NCBI GenBank assembly: GCA_945952465.1 | Contig: CAMFIB010000005.1 | Location: 20,820-84,819, forward strand | Length of the DNA: 64,000 bases | Direction: 5' to 3' | DNA from: an uncultured Pseudomonadota bacterium | Lineage (GTDB): Bacteria > Pseudomonadota > Gammaproteobacteria > Burkholderiales > Burkholderiaceae_C | Translations under genes and position numbers: made by a program | The notes under the pieces: generated by a model | Database searches by the model: none | What the model was told of the DNA's origin: nothing | Seen by the model: the letters and a program-made list of their open reading frames with translations, nothing else | Shown: positions 17,533 through 29,398 of the stretch, one piece after another | How positions within the stretch are numbered: position 1 is the stretch's first letter | How the letters are laid out: each line of letters opens with the position of its first letter

Positions 17533-18960
17533 GTGAAGATCTTCCAGCGCGAGCAGCGCTCGCTGTTCGGCGAAATCCTCGACTGGATGCTGACGCCGCT
17601 GCTGCTGCTGTGGCCGGTCAGCCTGGTGCTGACCTGGCTGGTGGCGCAGGGCATCGCCGGCAAACCTTTCGACCGGGCGCTCGAATACAACGTGCAGGCG
17701 CTGGCGCAGCAGGTCTCGCTGCAGAACCGGCAGGTGCGGCTGAACCTGCCCGCCTCGGCGCGCGACGCGCTGCGCGCCGACGACACCGACATCGTCTACT
17801 ACCAGGTCGTGGGGCCGCGCGGCGAGCTGCTGAGCGGCGAGCGCGACTTTCCCCCGCTGGGCGACGACGACAAGGCCCTGCCCGGCGAGGTGCGGCTGCG
17901 CGACGGCACCATCCGCGGCGACGACGTGCGCATCGCCTCCACCTGGGTCAAGCTCAACACGCCCGACGAGGCCCAGGTCTTGGTACAGGTGGCCGAGACG
18001 CTGGAGAAGCGCTCCACGCTGGCCAGCGAGATCATCAAGGGCGTGATGCTGCCGCAGTTCGCCATCCTGCCGCTGGCGGTGCTGCTGGTCTGGCTGGCGC
18101 TGGTGCGCGGCATCAAGCCGCTCAGCGAGCTGGAGGAGCGCATCCGCGAACGCAAGCCCGACGACCTGAGCCCGCTCGACGACCGCGCCGTGCCGCAGGA
18201 GGTCGCGCCGCTGGTGCTCTCCGTCAACGGCCTGCTCAAGCGTCTGCAGGAGTCCATCGCCACGCAGAAGCGTTTCCTGGCCGACGCCGCCCATCAGCTC
18301 AAGACGCCGCTGGCCGGCCTGCGCATGCAGGCCGACCTCGCGCAGCGCGCCGGCGGCAGCGCGGAGGAGCTGAAGCTGTCGCTCGCGCAGATCGGCCGCT
18401 CCAGCGTGCGCGCCACCCACACCGTCAACCAGTTGCTCGCGCTGGCCCGCGCCGACGGCACCGCGCGCAACCTGAAGGCCGAGCCGCTGAACCTGGTGGA
18501 ACTGGTGACCGACGTGGTGCAGGACTCGGTGCCGCGCGCGCTCGACAAGCGCATCGACCTCGGCTACGAAGGCCCGGCCCGCGGAGACGCCGGCGTGCGC
18601 ATGGCCGGCCACCCCACGCTGCTGAAGGAGGCCGTGCGCAACCTGGTCGACAACGCGATCAACTACACGCCGACCGGCGGCGTCATCACCGTGCGCATCT
18701 ACGCCGACACCTTCGGCCGGGTGCTGCTGCTGCAGGTGGAAGACTCCGGCCCCGGCATTCCGGAAAGCGAGCGCGCGCTGGTGGTGCAGCCCTTCTACCG
18801 GGTGCTGGGCACCAACGTCGACGGCTCCGGCCTGGGCCTGGCCATCGTGAACGAGGTGGCGCAGCAGCACGGCACGCCGCTCACCATCGAAGACGCGCAG
18901 CCGGGCCGCAACCCGCCGGGCGTGCGCTTCACGCTGCGCTTCGAGTCCTTGCGCGCGTAG
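17533..18960 (+). CDS. Sensor histidine kinase (two TM segments, periplasmic sensor, HisKA + HATPase_c)
   Basis: 475 aa with a GTG start. The H-box is FLADAAHQLKTPL, the N-box is RNLVDNAINYT, and the G-boxes are EDSGPGIP and GSGLGLAIV. Confidence 0.92.
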   Translation: MKIFQREQRSLFGEILDWMLTPLLLLWPVSLVLTWLVAQGIAGKPFDRALEYNVQALAQQVSLQNRQVRLNLPASARDALRADDTDIVYYQVVGPRGELLSGERDFPPLGDDDKALPGEVRLRDGTIRGDDVRIASTWVKLNTPDEAQVLVQVAETLEKRSTLASEIIKGVMLPQFAILPLAVLLVWLALVRGIKPLSELEERIRERKPDDLSPLDDRAVPQEVAPLVLSVNGLLKRLQESIATQKRFLADAAHQLKTPLAGLRMQADLAQRAGGSAEELKLSLAQIGRSSVRATHTVNQLLALARADGTARNLKAEPLNLVELVTDVVQDSVPRALDKRIDLGYEGPARGDAGVRMAGHPTLLKEAVRNLVDNAINYTPTGGVITVRIYADTFGRVLLLQVEDSGPGIPESERALVVQPFYRVLGTNVDGSGLGLAIVNEVAQQHGTPLTIEDAQPGRNPPGVRFTLRFESLRA

Positions 18961-19613
18961 GCCTTCTTGAACTGGTTGAGCGGCACCCGCTCGCGCTCGA
19001 TCACCCGCGCCACCGGCGGCAGCTCTGCCACCCGCTGCACGTGCGCCCACAGCGCCGGGTAGCCCTCGGGGTCGATGCCCATCATGCCGCCCCAGCGCAG
19101 CGCCACCAGCGCATAGGCGTCGGCTGGGCCGAAGCGCGCGCCGCTCAGAAAGCCGCCGGCCGGCAGTTGCGCGGCGCGGTCCTCCAGCTCCCTGAGCTGG
19201 CCTGCGTAGCGCTTCTTCGCCTCGGCCTTCAGCGCCTGCTGCGCGGCCTCGTCGTCGCCGACCGAGCCCTGCGGCTTGAACATCTGGCCGAAGGTGGGGT
19301 GCACCGTGTTGTTGATCCAGGCCACCAGGCCCATCACGCGGGCGCGCTCCAGCGGGTCGGCGGGCAGCAGGCCGGCCTCCGGGAATTTGGCGTCGATGTA
19401 GCCGACGATGGCCGCGATCTGCGTGACCACCGCGTCGCCATCCACCAACACTGGCACCTGGCTGCGCGGGTTGATGGCCTTGAATTCGGGGCTGAACTGC
19501 TCGCCCTTGTGCAGCTTCACGAGGCGCGGCTCGAACTCGGCGCCGGCCGCTTCCAGCAGCGTGTGGGGCACGAACGAACAGGCGCCGGGGCCGTAATAGA
19601 GGTGCAGGGCCAT
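18795..19613 (-). CDS. Glutathione S-transferase family protein with an unusually long C-terminal tail
   Basis: From ATG at 19613, MALHLYYGPGACSFVPHTLLEAAGAEFEPRLVKL...NPRSQVPVLV is a thioredoxin-like GST N-domain. The first in-frame stop is not reached until 18795, 166 nt inside the convergent kinase gene. Confidence 0.8.
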   Translation of the reverse strand: MALHLYYGPGACSFVPHTLLEAAGAEFEPRLVKLHKGEQFSPEFKAINPRSQVPVLVDGDAVVTQIAAIVGYIDAKFPEAGLLPADPLERARVMGLVAWINNTVHPTFGQMFKPQGSVGDDEAAQQALKAEAKKRYAGQLRELEDRAAQLPAGGFLSGARFGPADAYALVALRWGGMMGIDPEGYPALWAHVQRVAELPPVARVIERERVPLNQFKKAYARKDSKRSVKRTPGGLRPGCASSMVSGVPCCCATSFTMARPRPEPSTLVPSTR

Positions 19614-19691
19614 GGAATGTGTCTCGGGTTGTGGGTTGTCGAGGCATTCTCCGACAGCATGGTTTTTCGTGCAGCGCCACAATCGAAACCC

Positions 19692-20594
19692 ATGACCGGC
19701 ATCAACAAGCGGCTCAAGATCGGGCTGTCGGCTTGCTTCTCCTATGCGGACCCCACGCGGCCGCTGTTCACGGGCAAAACCCTGCAATACGTCGAGCAGT
19801 CGATCGCGCATTGGCTCATGTCCACCGGCGCGCTGGTCGTCATGGTGCCCTGCCCGACCGGCGAGACCCAGCGCGGCGACGTCAAGCTGGCGCACTACGC
19901 CGAATGGCTCGATGGCGTGGTGATGCACGGCGGCGCGGATGTGTGGCCCGGCAGCTACGGCGAGGAGCCGATGCAGGAGGCGTGGATCGGCGACCGCATC
20001 CGCGACCTTTACGACCTCGCGCTGGTCGAGGCCTTCGAGCAGGCCGGCAAGCCCATCTTCGGCGTGTGCCGCGGCCTGCAGCTCATCAACGTGGCCTTCG
20101 GTGGCTCGCTCTACCAGGACATCGAGACCCAGCACGAGGGCGCGCTGCGCCACCGCGACGCCGCCACCTACGACCGCAACTTCCACGACATCGAGTTCGT
20201 GAAAGGCTCGCGGCTGTCGCAGATGTACCCCGGCCAGGCGCGGGCGCGGGTCAACAGCATCCACCACCAGGGCATCAAGCACCTGGCGCCCGGCTTCGAC
20301 GTCGAGGCCTGGAGTTACCCCGACCGGGTGCCGGAAGCCATCCGCCGCCGCTGGGCGGGCCGCTCGGCCGGCTACATCGCCGCCACGCAATGGCACCCCG
20401 AGTTCCACCAGGCCGACCAGAACACGCTGGACGACGCCGCCATCCTCCACGACTTCCTGCAGGCCTGCACCTTCGGCCGCACTCGGCCGGCCACCGGGCG
20501 CCGCCTGCCGGGGCAGATCCAGGACCGCGCCGCGCGGCTGCTGCGGCAGGCGCTGCTGCAGGCCCAGCGCCTACCCAGCCGCCTGCGCTTCTAG
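19692..20594 (+). CDS. Class I glutamine amidotransferase / peptidase C26 (gamma-glutamyl-GABA hydrolase-like)
   Basis: MTGINKRLKIGLSA... The nucleophile elbow is FGVCRGLQLINVAFGG. HHQ and WHPE motifs lie near the C-terminal part. Confidence 0.8.
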   Translation: MTGINKRLKIGLSACFSYADPTRPLFTGKTLQYVEQSIAHWLMSTGALVVMVPCPTGETQRGDVKLAHYAEWLDGVVMHGGADVWPGSYGEEPMQEAWIGDRIRDLYDLALVEAFEQAGKPIFGVCRGLQLINVAFGGSLYQDIETQHEGALRHRDAATYDRNFHDIEFVKGSRLSQMYPGQARARVNSIHHQGIKHLAPGFDVEAWSYPDRVPEAIRRRWAGRSAGYIAATQWHPEFHQADQNTLDDAAILHDFLQACTFGRTRPATGRRLPGQIQDRAARLLRQALLQAQRLPSRLRF

Positions 20595-20601
20595 GCGCGC
20601 C

Positions 20602-23523
20602 TCAGCCCAGGTGCTTGCCGACGATGCCGGCGAGCTCGAACATCGACACCTGCGGCTTGCCGAACACCGGCAACAGCTTGGCGTCGGCGTTGATGGCGCG
20701 CTTGTCCTTGGCGTCCTGCAGGCCGTTGGCCTTGATGTAGTCCCACAGCTTCTTGATCACCTGCGGCCGTGCCACCGGCTCGGCGCCGATCACCGCCGCC
20801 AGCGCCGCGCTGGGCACCGCGCCGGCCGACGCCGAAGCGGTCTTGCGCGGTGCGGCGGCCTTCTTGGCGGCCGGCGCCTTTTTCGCGGCAGCGGCCTTCT
20901 TTGCCGGCGCGGACTTGGCGGTGGCCTTCTTCGCGGCGGTGGGCGGCGCGTCGCCGCCGTCGGCGGTCTTCGCGGCCGTCTTGCGCGGCGGGAACTTGGA
21001 CGGCGCGAACTCGAAGCCGACCTTGCCCGCTTCGGCGTCGTATTTCAGGTGGGCCTTGAACGCGCGGCGGGTGCGCATGGAGACGAACTTGTCGAGCAGG
21101 TCGGTCTTGCCTTCCGTGAGCAGCTTGTGCATCTGCGCGCGCTCCACCGGCTGTTGCAGGATGATCTGGCCGGTCTTGAAGTCGCAGCTCGGCGTGGGCT
21201 GCTTCATCGTGGGCACCGAGCGCTCGCAGACGTAGTTCTTGCCGTGCTCGTGCACCTCGCCGCTGCACTTCGGGCAAGCGCCGAGCGATTCGTCGGTGAA
21301 GGTGACCAGCTCGCCCGACTCGGCGTCGGCGGCGTCCTCGCCGAAGTCGAACTCCAGCTTCCAGTTCTTGTCTTCGTCGCTGAACTTCAGCACCATCTCG
21401 GCCACGAAGGGCCAGCCCGCCTTGGAGCGGAACCCGTCGAGCGGGCCGATGTGTTTGTCGTGCACGAAAGCCTCGGCTTCGGCGGCGTCGAAGGTGCGGC
21501 CGGCCGGCGTCTTGGTGAACGAGAAGCCGCAGCCCTGGTCCTCGCTGTTGCCGGCCTGGCCGGTGCAGGCGTAGCGGCGGTAGTTCTCCTTCACCACGCC
21601 GCCGCAGTTGGGGCAGGGCGTGCGCAGCGTGGCGTAGTCGCCGGGCACGGTATCGCGGTCATATTCCTTCGCCTTCTTGACGATGTGTTTCGTCATCTCG
21701 GCGATTTCCTGCATGAAGGCGTCGCGGCTCAGCTTGCCCAGCTCCATCTGCGCGAGCTTGTACTCCCATTCGCCGGTCAGCTCGGGCTTGGAGAGTTCCT
21801 CCACGCCCAGGCCGCGCAGCAGCGTCATGAGCTGGAAGGCCTTGGCGGTGGGAATCAGCTCACGGCCTTCGCGCAGCATGTATTTCTCGGCGATGAGCCC
21901 TTCGATGATGGAGGAGCGGGTGGCTGGCGTGCCCAGGCCCTTTTCCTGCATCGCTTCGCGCAGCTCGTCGTCTTCCACGAACTTGCCGGCGCCTTCCATC
22001 GCGCCCAGCAGCGTGGCTTCGGAGTAGCGGGCCGGCGGGCGCGTCTTCAGCGGCTTGACCTCGGCCTGATCGGTCTTCACCGTTTCGCCGGGCGCCACCG
22101 CCACCAGCGTCTTGTCCTTCGAATCCTCGCTGTCGGCGTCGACTTCCTTGCCGTAGATGGCCAGCCAGCCCGGCTTGACCAGCACCTTGCCGTCGCTCTT
22201 GAAAGAATGCCCGGCCGCCACCGTGATGCGGGTGGTGATCTGGTATTCGGCGCTGGGGAAGAACACCGCCATGAAGCGGCGGGCCACCAGGTCGTAGATC
22301 TTCTGCTCGGCTTCGCTGAGGCCGCTGGGCGCTTCCAGCGTGGGGATGATGGCGAAGTGGTCGCTGACCTTGGCGTTGTCGAAAACGCGTTTGGTCGGCT
22401 TGATGTAGCCGCCTGCAAGCGCCGTCTTGGCGTGCGGCGCGAGGTGCTTCAGGCTGCTGGCAGCCAGCATCTCGAAGGTGTTCTTCACCACCGACACGTA
22501 GTCCTCGGGCAGCGCGCGCGAGTCGGTCCGGGGGTAGGTGAGGGCCTTGTGGCGCTCGTACAGGCTCTGCGCGATCGACAGCGTGGTCTTGGCCGAATAA
22601 CCGAAGCGGCCGTTGGCCTCGCGCTGCAGGCTGGTCAGGTCGAACAGCAGCGGGCTGGCCTGGGTGCTGGGCTTGGATTCCTCGGTGACGGTGCCGGGCT
22701 GGCCGCGCACCGCCTTCGCGATGGCCTGGGCGTCGGCGTCGGTCCAGACGCGGTCGGCCTTTTTCTCGGCGTCCTCCGCGTCTTTCTTCCAGGCCGGGTC
22801 GAACCACTTGCCGGCGTATTCACCGGCCTTGGCGCCGAAGGTGGCGTGGATTTCCCAGTAGTCGCGGCTCACGAACTTGCGGATCAGCTCTTCACGCTCC
22901 ACCACCACGCTGAGCGTCGGCGTCTGCACCCGGCCCACGGTGGTCAGGAAGAAGCCCCCGTCGCGCGAATTGAAGGCCGTCATGGCCCGCGTGCCGTTGA
23001 TGCCGACCAGCCAGTCCGCTTCGGAGCGGCAGCGCGCGGCGTCGGCCAGCGGCAGCATCTGGCCGTCGGTGCGCAGGCTGTCGAAGCCGTCGCGGATGGC
23101 CTGCGGCGTCATGGACTGCAGCCACAGCCGCTTGCTCGGCTGCTTGGCGCCGGAATACTGCTGGATGAGCCGGAAGATCAGCTCGCCCTCGCGCCCCGCG
23201 TCGCAGGCGTTCACCAGCGCGCTCACGTCCTTGCGCTTGGCGAGCTTGACGATGGCGTTGAGCCTTGTTTTGGTCTTGTCGATCGGTTTCAGGTCGAAAT
23301 GCGGCGGGATCACCGGGAGGTGGGCGAAGCTCCACTTGCCGCGTTTCACGTCGTACTGTTCGGGCGCCTGTATCTCCACCAGGTGGCCGACCGCACTGGT
23401 CACCACATAGTGTTCGTTTTCAAAATGTTCGGCGGCCTTGTCGAATTTCCCGGCCACCGGCGTCAGCGCACGGACGATGTCCTGTGCAACCGACGGCTTC
23501 TCTGCAATCACCAGCGTCTTCAT
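20602..23523 (-). CDS. topB: DNA topoisomerase III (type IA) with C-terminal zinc ribbons, a lysine/alanine-rich tail and a SWIB/MDM2 domain
   Basis: From ATG at 23523, MKTLVIAEKPSVAQDI is the TOPRIM start. The zinc ribbons are CPNCGG...C..GC and CPKCSG...C. The tail reads AAKKATAKSAPAKKAAAAKKAPAAKKAAAPRK. The SWIB-like end is RPQVIKKLWDYIKANGLQDAKDKRAINADAKLLPVFG. Confidence 0.88.
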   Translation of the reverse strand: MKTLVIAEKPSVAQDIVRALTPVAGKFDKAAEHFENEHYVVTSAVGHLVEIQAPEQYDVKRGKWSFAHLPVIPPHFDLKPIDKTKTRLNAIVKLAKRKDVSALVNACDAGREGELIFRLIQQYSGAKQPSKRLWLQSMTPQAIRDGFDSLRTDGQMLPLADAARCRSEADWLVGINGTRAMTAFNSRDGGFFLTTVGRVQTPTLSVVVEREELIRKFVSRDYWEIHATFGAKAGEYAGKWFDPAWKKDAEDAEKKADRVWTDADAQAIAKAVRGQPGTVTEESKPSTQASPLLFDLTSLQREANGRFGYSAKTTLSIAQSLYERHKALTYPRTDSRALPEDYVSVVKNTFEMLAASSLKHLAPHAKTALAGGYIKPTKRVFDNAKVSDHFAIIPTLEAPSGLSEAEQKIYDLVARRFMAVFFPSAEYQITTRITVAAGHSFKSDGKVLVKPGWLAIYGKEVDADSEDSKDKTLVAVAPGETVKTDQAEVKPLKTRPPARYSEATLLGAMEGAGKFVEDDELREAMQEKGLGTPATRSSIIEGLIAEKYMLREGRELIPTAKAFQLMTLLRGLGVEELSKPELTGEWEYKLAQMELGKLSRDAFMQEIAEMTKHIVKKAKEYDRDTVPGDYATLRTPCPNCGGVVKENYRRYACTGQAGNSEDQGCGFSFTKTPAGRTFDAAEAEAFVHDKHIGPLDGFRSKAGWPFVAEMVLKFSDEDKNWKLEFDFGEDAADAESGELVTFTDESLGACPKCSGEVHEHGKNYVCERSVPTMKQPTPSCDFKTGQIILQQPVERAQMHKLLTEGKTDLLDKFVSMRTRRAFKAHLKYDAEAGKVGFEFAPSKFPPRKTAAKTADGGDAPPTAAKKATAKSAPAKKAAAAKKAPAAKKAAAPRKTASASAGAVPSAALAAVIGAEPVARPQVIKKLWDYIKANGLQDAKDKRAINADAKLLPVFGKPQVSMFELAGIVGKHLG

Positions 23524-23625
23524 CTGTCTCACTACAATGCGGCTCTCGCGTGCGTGCGCACGCGCGCCTGGCGCGGGTCCGCACGCGCGCACCCGCTCAA
23601 ATTCAACATACCAAATTTTCGAGTC

Positions 23626-24102
23626 GTGTCCAAAAACCCCACGTTTGCATCAGGTCGCCGCATCCAGGTCCGCCGCTCCGGTGTGCATGGCAAGGGGGTC
23701 TTTGCGGCACAGGCCATCGCCGAGGGCGAGACGCTGATCGAGTACATCGGCGAGATCATCAGCTGGAAAGAGGCGCAGCGCCGCCACCCGCACGACCCGC
23801 TGGACCCCAACCACACCTTCTATTTCCACGTCGACGAGGACCGCGTCATCGACGCCAAGCACGGCGGCAATTCAGCGCGCTGGATCAACCACAGCTGCGA
23901 CCCGAACTGCGAGGCCGACGAGGAAGACGGCCGCATCTTCATCAAGGCGCTGCGCAACATCCCGGCCGGCGAGGAACTGAACTACGACTACGGCCTGGTC
24001 ATCGACGAGCGCTACACCAAGAAGCTCAAGGCCGAATACCCGTGCTGGTGCGGCGCCAAGGCCTGCCGCGGCACCCTGCTGGCGTCCAAGCGCCGGCGCT
24101 GA
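23626..24102 (+). CDS. SET-domain protein (putative protein-lysine methyltransferase)
   Basis: GTG at 23626 is in frame with the ORF ending at 24102. Motifs include GKGVFA, GETLIEYIGEII, ARWINHSCDPNC, GEELNYDY and a post-SET-like CWCGAKACRG. Confidence 0.85.
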   Translation: MSKNPTFASGRRIQVRRSGVHGKGVFAAQAIAEGETLIEYIGEIISWKEAQRRHPHDPLDPNHTFYFHVDEDRVIDAKHGGNSARWINHSCDPNCEADEEDGRIFIKALRNIPAGEELNYDYGLVIDERYTKKLKAEYPCWCGAKACRGTLLASKRRR

Positions 24103-24118
24103 ACCCCCGGAGGCACCC

Positions 24119-24919
24119 ATGGCAGCCAGCCCCGCCAGCAGCTTCTCCGGCGCCGCCGAGACGGTCTGGGAGGCGGCCAGCGCGCAGCTGCCGGACTTCA
24201 GCGTCGAGGTGCTGCCCGAGGTCGACTCCACCAACAGCGAGCTGATGCGCCGGGCCCGCGCCGGCCAGGCGGCGCCGGTGCTGCTGGTGGCCGAGCACCA
24301 GCGCGCCGGCCGCGGCCGCATGGGCCGCGAGTGGCAGAGCCGGCCGGGCGATTCGCTGACCTTCTCGCTGGGCCTGCCGCTGGCGCCGGAGGACTGGTCG
24401 GGCCTGTCGCTGGCGGTGGGGCTGTCGCTGGCCGACGCGCTGCACGAGCGCATCCTTCTGAAATGGCCGAACGACCTGTGGCTGGACGGCCGCAAGCTGG
24501 GCGGCGTCCTGATCGAGACCGCCTCGGTGGGCGACCGGCGCTACGTGGTGGTCGGCGTGGGCCTCAACCTCGCGCTGCCGCCGGCCGAGGGGCTGGCTAC
24601 CGCGCCGGCCGCGCTCACGGAGCTGCTGCCCGGCATCACCGCGCCCGAGGCGCTGGCCCGCGTGGGCGGGCCGCTGGTGCGGGCGGTGCTGCGTTTCGGC
24701 GATGCCGGCTTCGCGCCTTTCCGCACGGGCTACGAGGCGCGCGACGCGCTGCGCGGCCGGGTGGTGCGGGTGGCGCCGCCGGCCGGCGCGCCGGCCACCG
24801 ACGACGCCGTGGAGGGCACGGCCAGCGGCATTGCCGCCAACGGCGCGCTGCTGGTGCAGACGGCGGTCTGCATCAAGGAAGTGAGCAGCTCCGAGGTTTC
24901 CGTCCGGCCGCAGGCCTGA
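24119..24919 (+). CDS. birA: Biotin--[acetyl-CoA-carboxylase] ligase (no N-terminal HTH evident)
   Basis: 266 aa with the QRAGRGRMGREW (GRGRxGRxW) biotin-binding motif and KWPNDL. Confidence 0.9.
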   Translation: MAASPASSFSGAAETVWEAASAQLPDFSVEVLPEVDSTNSELMRRARAGQAAPVLLVAEHQRAGRGRMGREWQSRPGDSLTFSLGLPLAPEDWSGLSLAVGLSLADALHERILLKWPNDLWLDGRKLGGVLIETASVGDRRYVVVGVGLNLALPPAEGLATAPAALTELLPGITAPEALARVGGPLVRAVLRFGDAGFAPFRTGYEARDALRGRVVRVAPPAGAPATDDAVEGTASGIAANGALLVQTAVCIKEVSSSEVSVRPQA

Positions 24920-24929
24920 CGCACGGCAG

Positions 24930-25649
24930 ATGCTGCGGCTGCTCGTCATTCTGCTGGTGCTGGCCAACGGCGCCTATTTCGTCTGGACGGAGCGCTGGCT
25001 GGATCCGCTGGGCTTTGCCGCGCCGTCGGTGTCGGAGCCGCAGCGCATGGCCGGGCAGATCCGGCCGCAAGACCTGAAGGTCACGCTTGAAAGCGGCGTG
25101 CCGCCGCCGTTGGCGGGCGCGTCGGCGCCGGCCGGGGCGGGCAGTGGCCCGGCATCGGCCCCTGCCCCGTATGCCGCCGCACCGGCGGAGGCGGCGAGCG
25201 CACCCTCGGCCTGCCTGCAGGCCGGCCCGCTGGACGCCGCCACGCTGGCCGCGTTGAAGCCGGTGCTGGCCACGCTGCCGGCGGCCTCCTGGACGCTGGA
25301 GCCGGTGGTGGAACCGGCCCGCTGGACGGTCTACATGGGCAAGTACGACGCCGCCACGCTGGAGCGCAAGAAGGGCGAGCTGGCGCGCAAGAACATCGCG
25401 TTCGACCCCATCGCCGCGCCGGCGCTGCAGCCGGGCCTGTCGCTCGGCCGGTATTCGGCCGAGGGCAACGCCCGCGCCGCGCTCGCGCAGCTCGCGTCGC
25501 GCGGGGTGAGCACCGCCAAGGTGGTGCTCGAACGGCCCGAAGGCCGCGTCCAGCTGCTGAAGCTGCCCGCCGCCGACGCCGCGCTGCAGGGCCGCCTGGC
25601 GCCGCTGCGCAGCGCGCTGGGCGCCAAGCTGCCGCTGAAGGCCTGCTGA
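24930..25649 (+). CDS. SPOR-domain membrane-anchored protein
   Basis: 239 aa: an N-terminal TM (LRLLVILLVLANGAYFVW), an Ala/Pro-rich linker and a C-terminal SPOR-like domain. A gene of this kind after birA is a common betaproteobacterial arrangement. Confidence 0.65.
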   Translation: MLRLLVILLVLANGAYFVWTERWLDPLGFAAPSVSEPQRMAGQIRPQDLKVTLESGVPPPLAGASAPAGAGSGPASAPAPYAAAPAEAASAPSACLQAGPLDAATLAALKPVLATLPAASWTLEPVVEPARWTVYMGKYDAATLERKKGELARKNIAFDPIAAPALQPGLSLGRYSAEGNARAALAQLASRGVSTAKVVLERPEGRVQLLKLPAADAALQGRLAPLRSALGAKLPLKAC

Positions 25650-25660
25650 GCCGGCCCGCG

Positions 25661-25740
25661 TTGCTCCTGATTCAGTAGCTACAAAGCGAGATTCGGCGCT
25701 GACTTGCGGCCGATTTGATTCCTAAAACCCATGAAAAAAC
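25661..25740 (-). repeat. Copy C of the dispersed repeat family
   Basis: Its reverse complement is gggttttaggaatcaaatcggccgcaagtcagcgccgaatctcgctttgtagctactgaatcaggagcaa. The central 30 nt matches copy A at about 25/30. Confidence 0.65.
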
Positions 25741-25755
25741 CGCCCGAAGGCGGTT
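25734..25755 (-). terminator. Rho-independent terminator of gap
   Basis: The minus strand reads aaccgcc-ttcg-ggcggtt followed by ttttt. It lies 25 nt downstream of the gap stop. Confidence 0.75.
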
Positions 25756-25779
25756 GTGCGGCCGGGTTGGGCTGCGGGC

Positions 25780-28886
<3,107 letters not shown>

Positions 28887-29020
28887 GCGGGCGGCTCCGG
28901 CTAAGAGGTGGGAAGGGGCGGGGAACCCAAGATTTTAACCGGCCGGGCGCAGCGGTGATGGGGCCGGGCCAAGCGTGGAAATCGTGCGGCCGCCAAGGGC
29001 AAATGCTCTACAGTCGCGCC

Positions 29021-29398
29021 ATGCATGGCCTGCACCTGACCGCCGACTGCTACCAGTGCCGCTGCGACGCCGCCTGGCTGACCGACGCGGCCCGCCTTGG
29101 CGACTGGTGCGAACAGGCCGTGGCCCGCGCCGGCCTGCAGGTCGTGAACCGGCTGTTCCACACCTTTCCGGCCACCGACAAAGGCCCCGGCGGCGTGACC
29201 GCCACCGTGCTGCTGGCCGAGTCGCACCTGTGTGTGCACACCTGGCCCGAGCAGCGCGCCGTCACGCTCGACGTCTACGTCTGCAACTTCGGCGGCAACC
29301 ATTCGGCCAAGGCCGTCGCGCTGATGGACGCTCTCGTGGAACGCTTCTCACCCGAATGGACCGAGCGCCGCTCGCTCGACCGCGGAGATGCTGCATGA
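29021..29398 (+). CDS. S-adenosylmethionine decarboxylase-like (SpeH/AdoMet_dc family) small protein
   Basis: MHGLHLTADCY...TATVLLAESHLCVHTWPEQRAVTLDVYVCNF carries the ES/H...HTWPE self-processing signature. An alternative ATG is at 29003. Confidence 0.7.
   Translation: MHGLHLTADCYQCRCDAAWLTDAARLGDWCEQAVARAGLQVVNRLFHTFPATDKGPGGVTATVLLAESHLCVHTWPEQRAVTLDVYVCNFGGNHSAKAVALMDALVERFSPEWTERRSLDRGDAA

Noticed and set aside
17386-19680. 764-aa minus-strand ORF, plus the 994-aa plus-strand ORF 17610-20594
   Set aside because: These are shadow frames of the histidine kinase and GST genes. Only the terminal part of 17610-20594 (the amidotransferase from 19692) is credible.
20611-23625. Plus-strand ~1000-codon stretch upstream of the SET domain in ORF 20611-24102
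   Set aside because: It is antisense to topoisomerase III and consists of low-complexity Gly/Ala/Arg/Leu sequence. SET homology begins only at the GTG at 23626.
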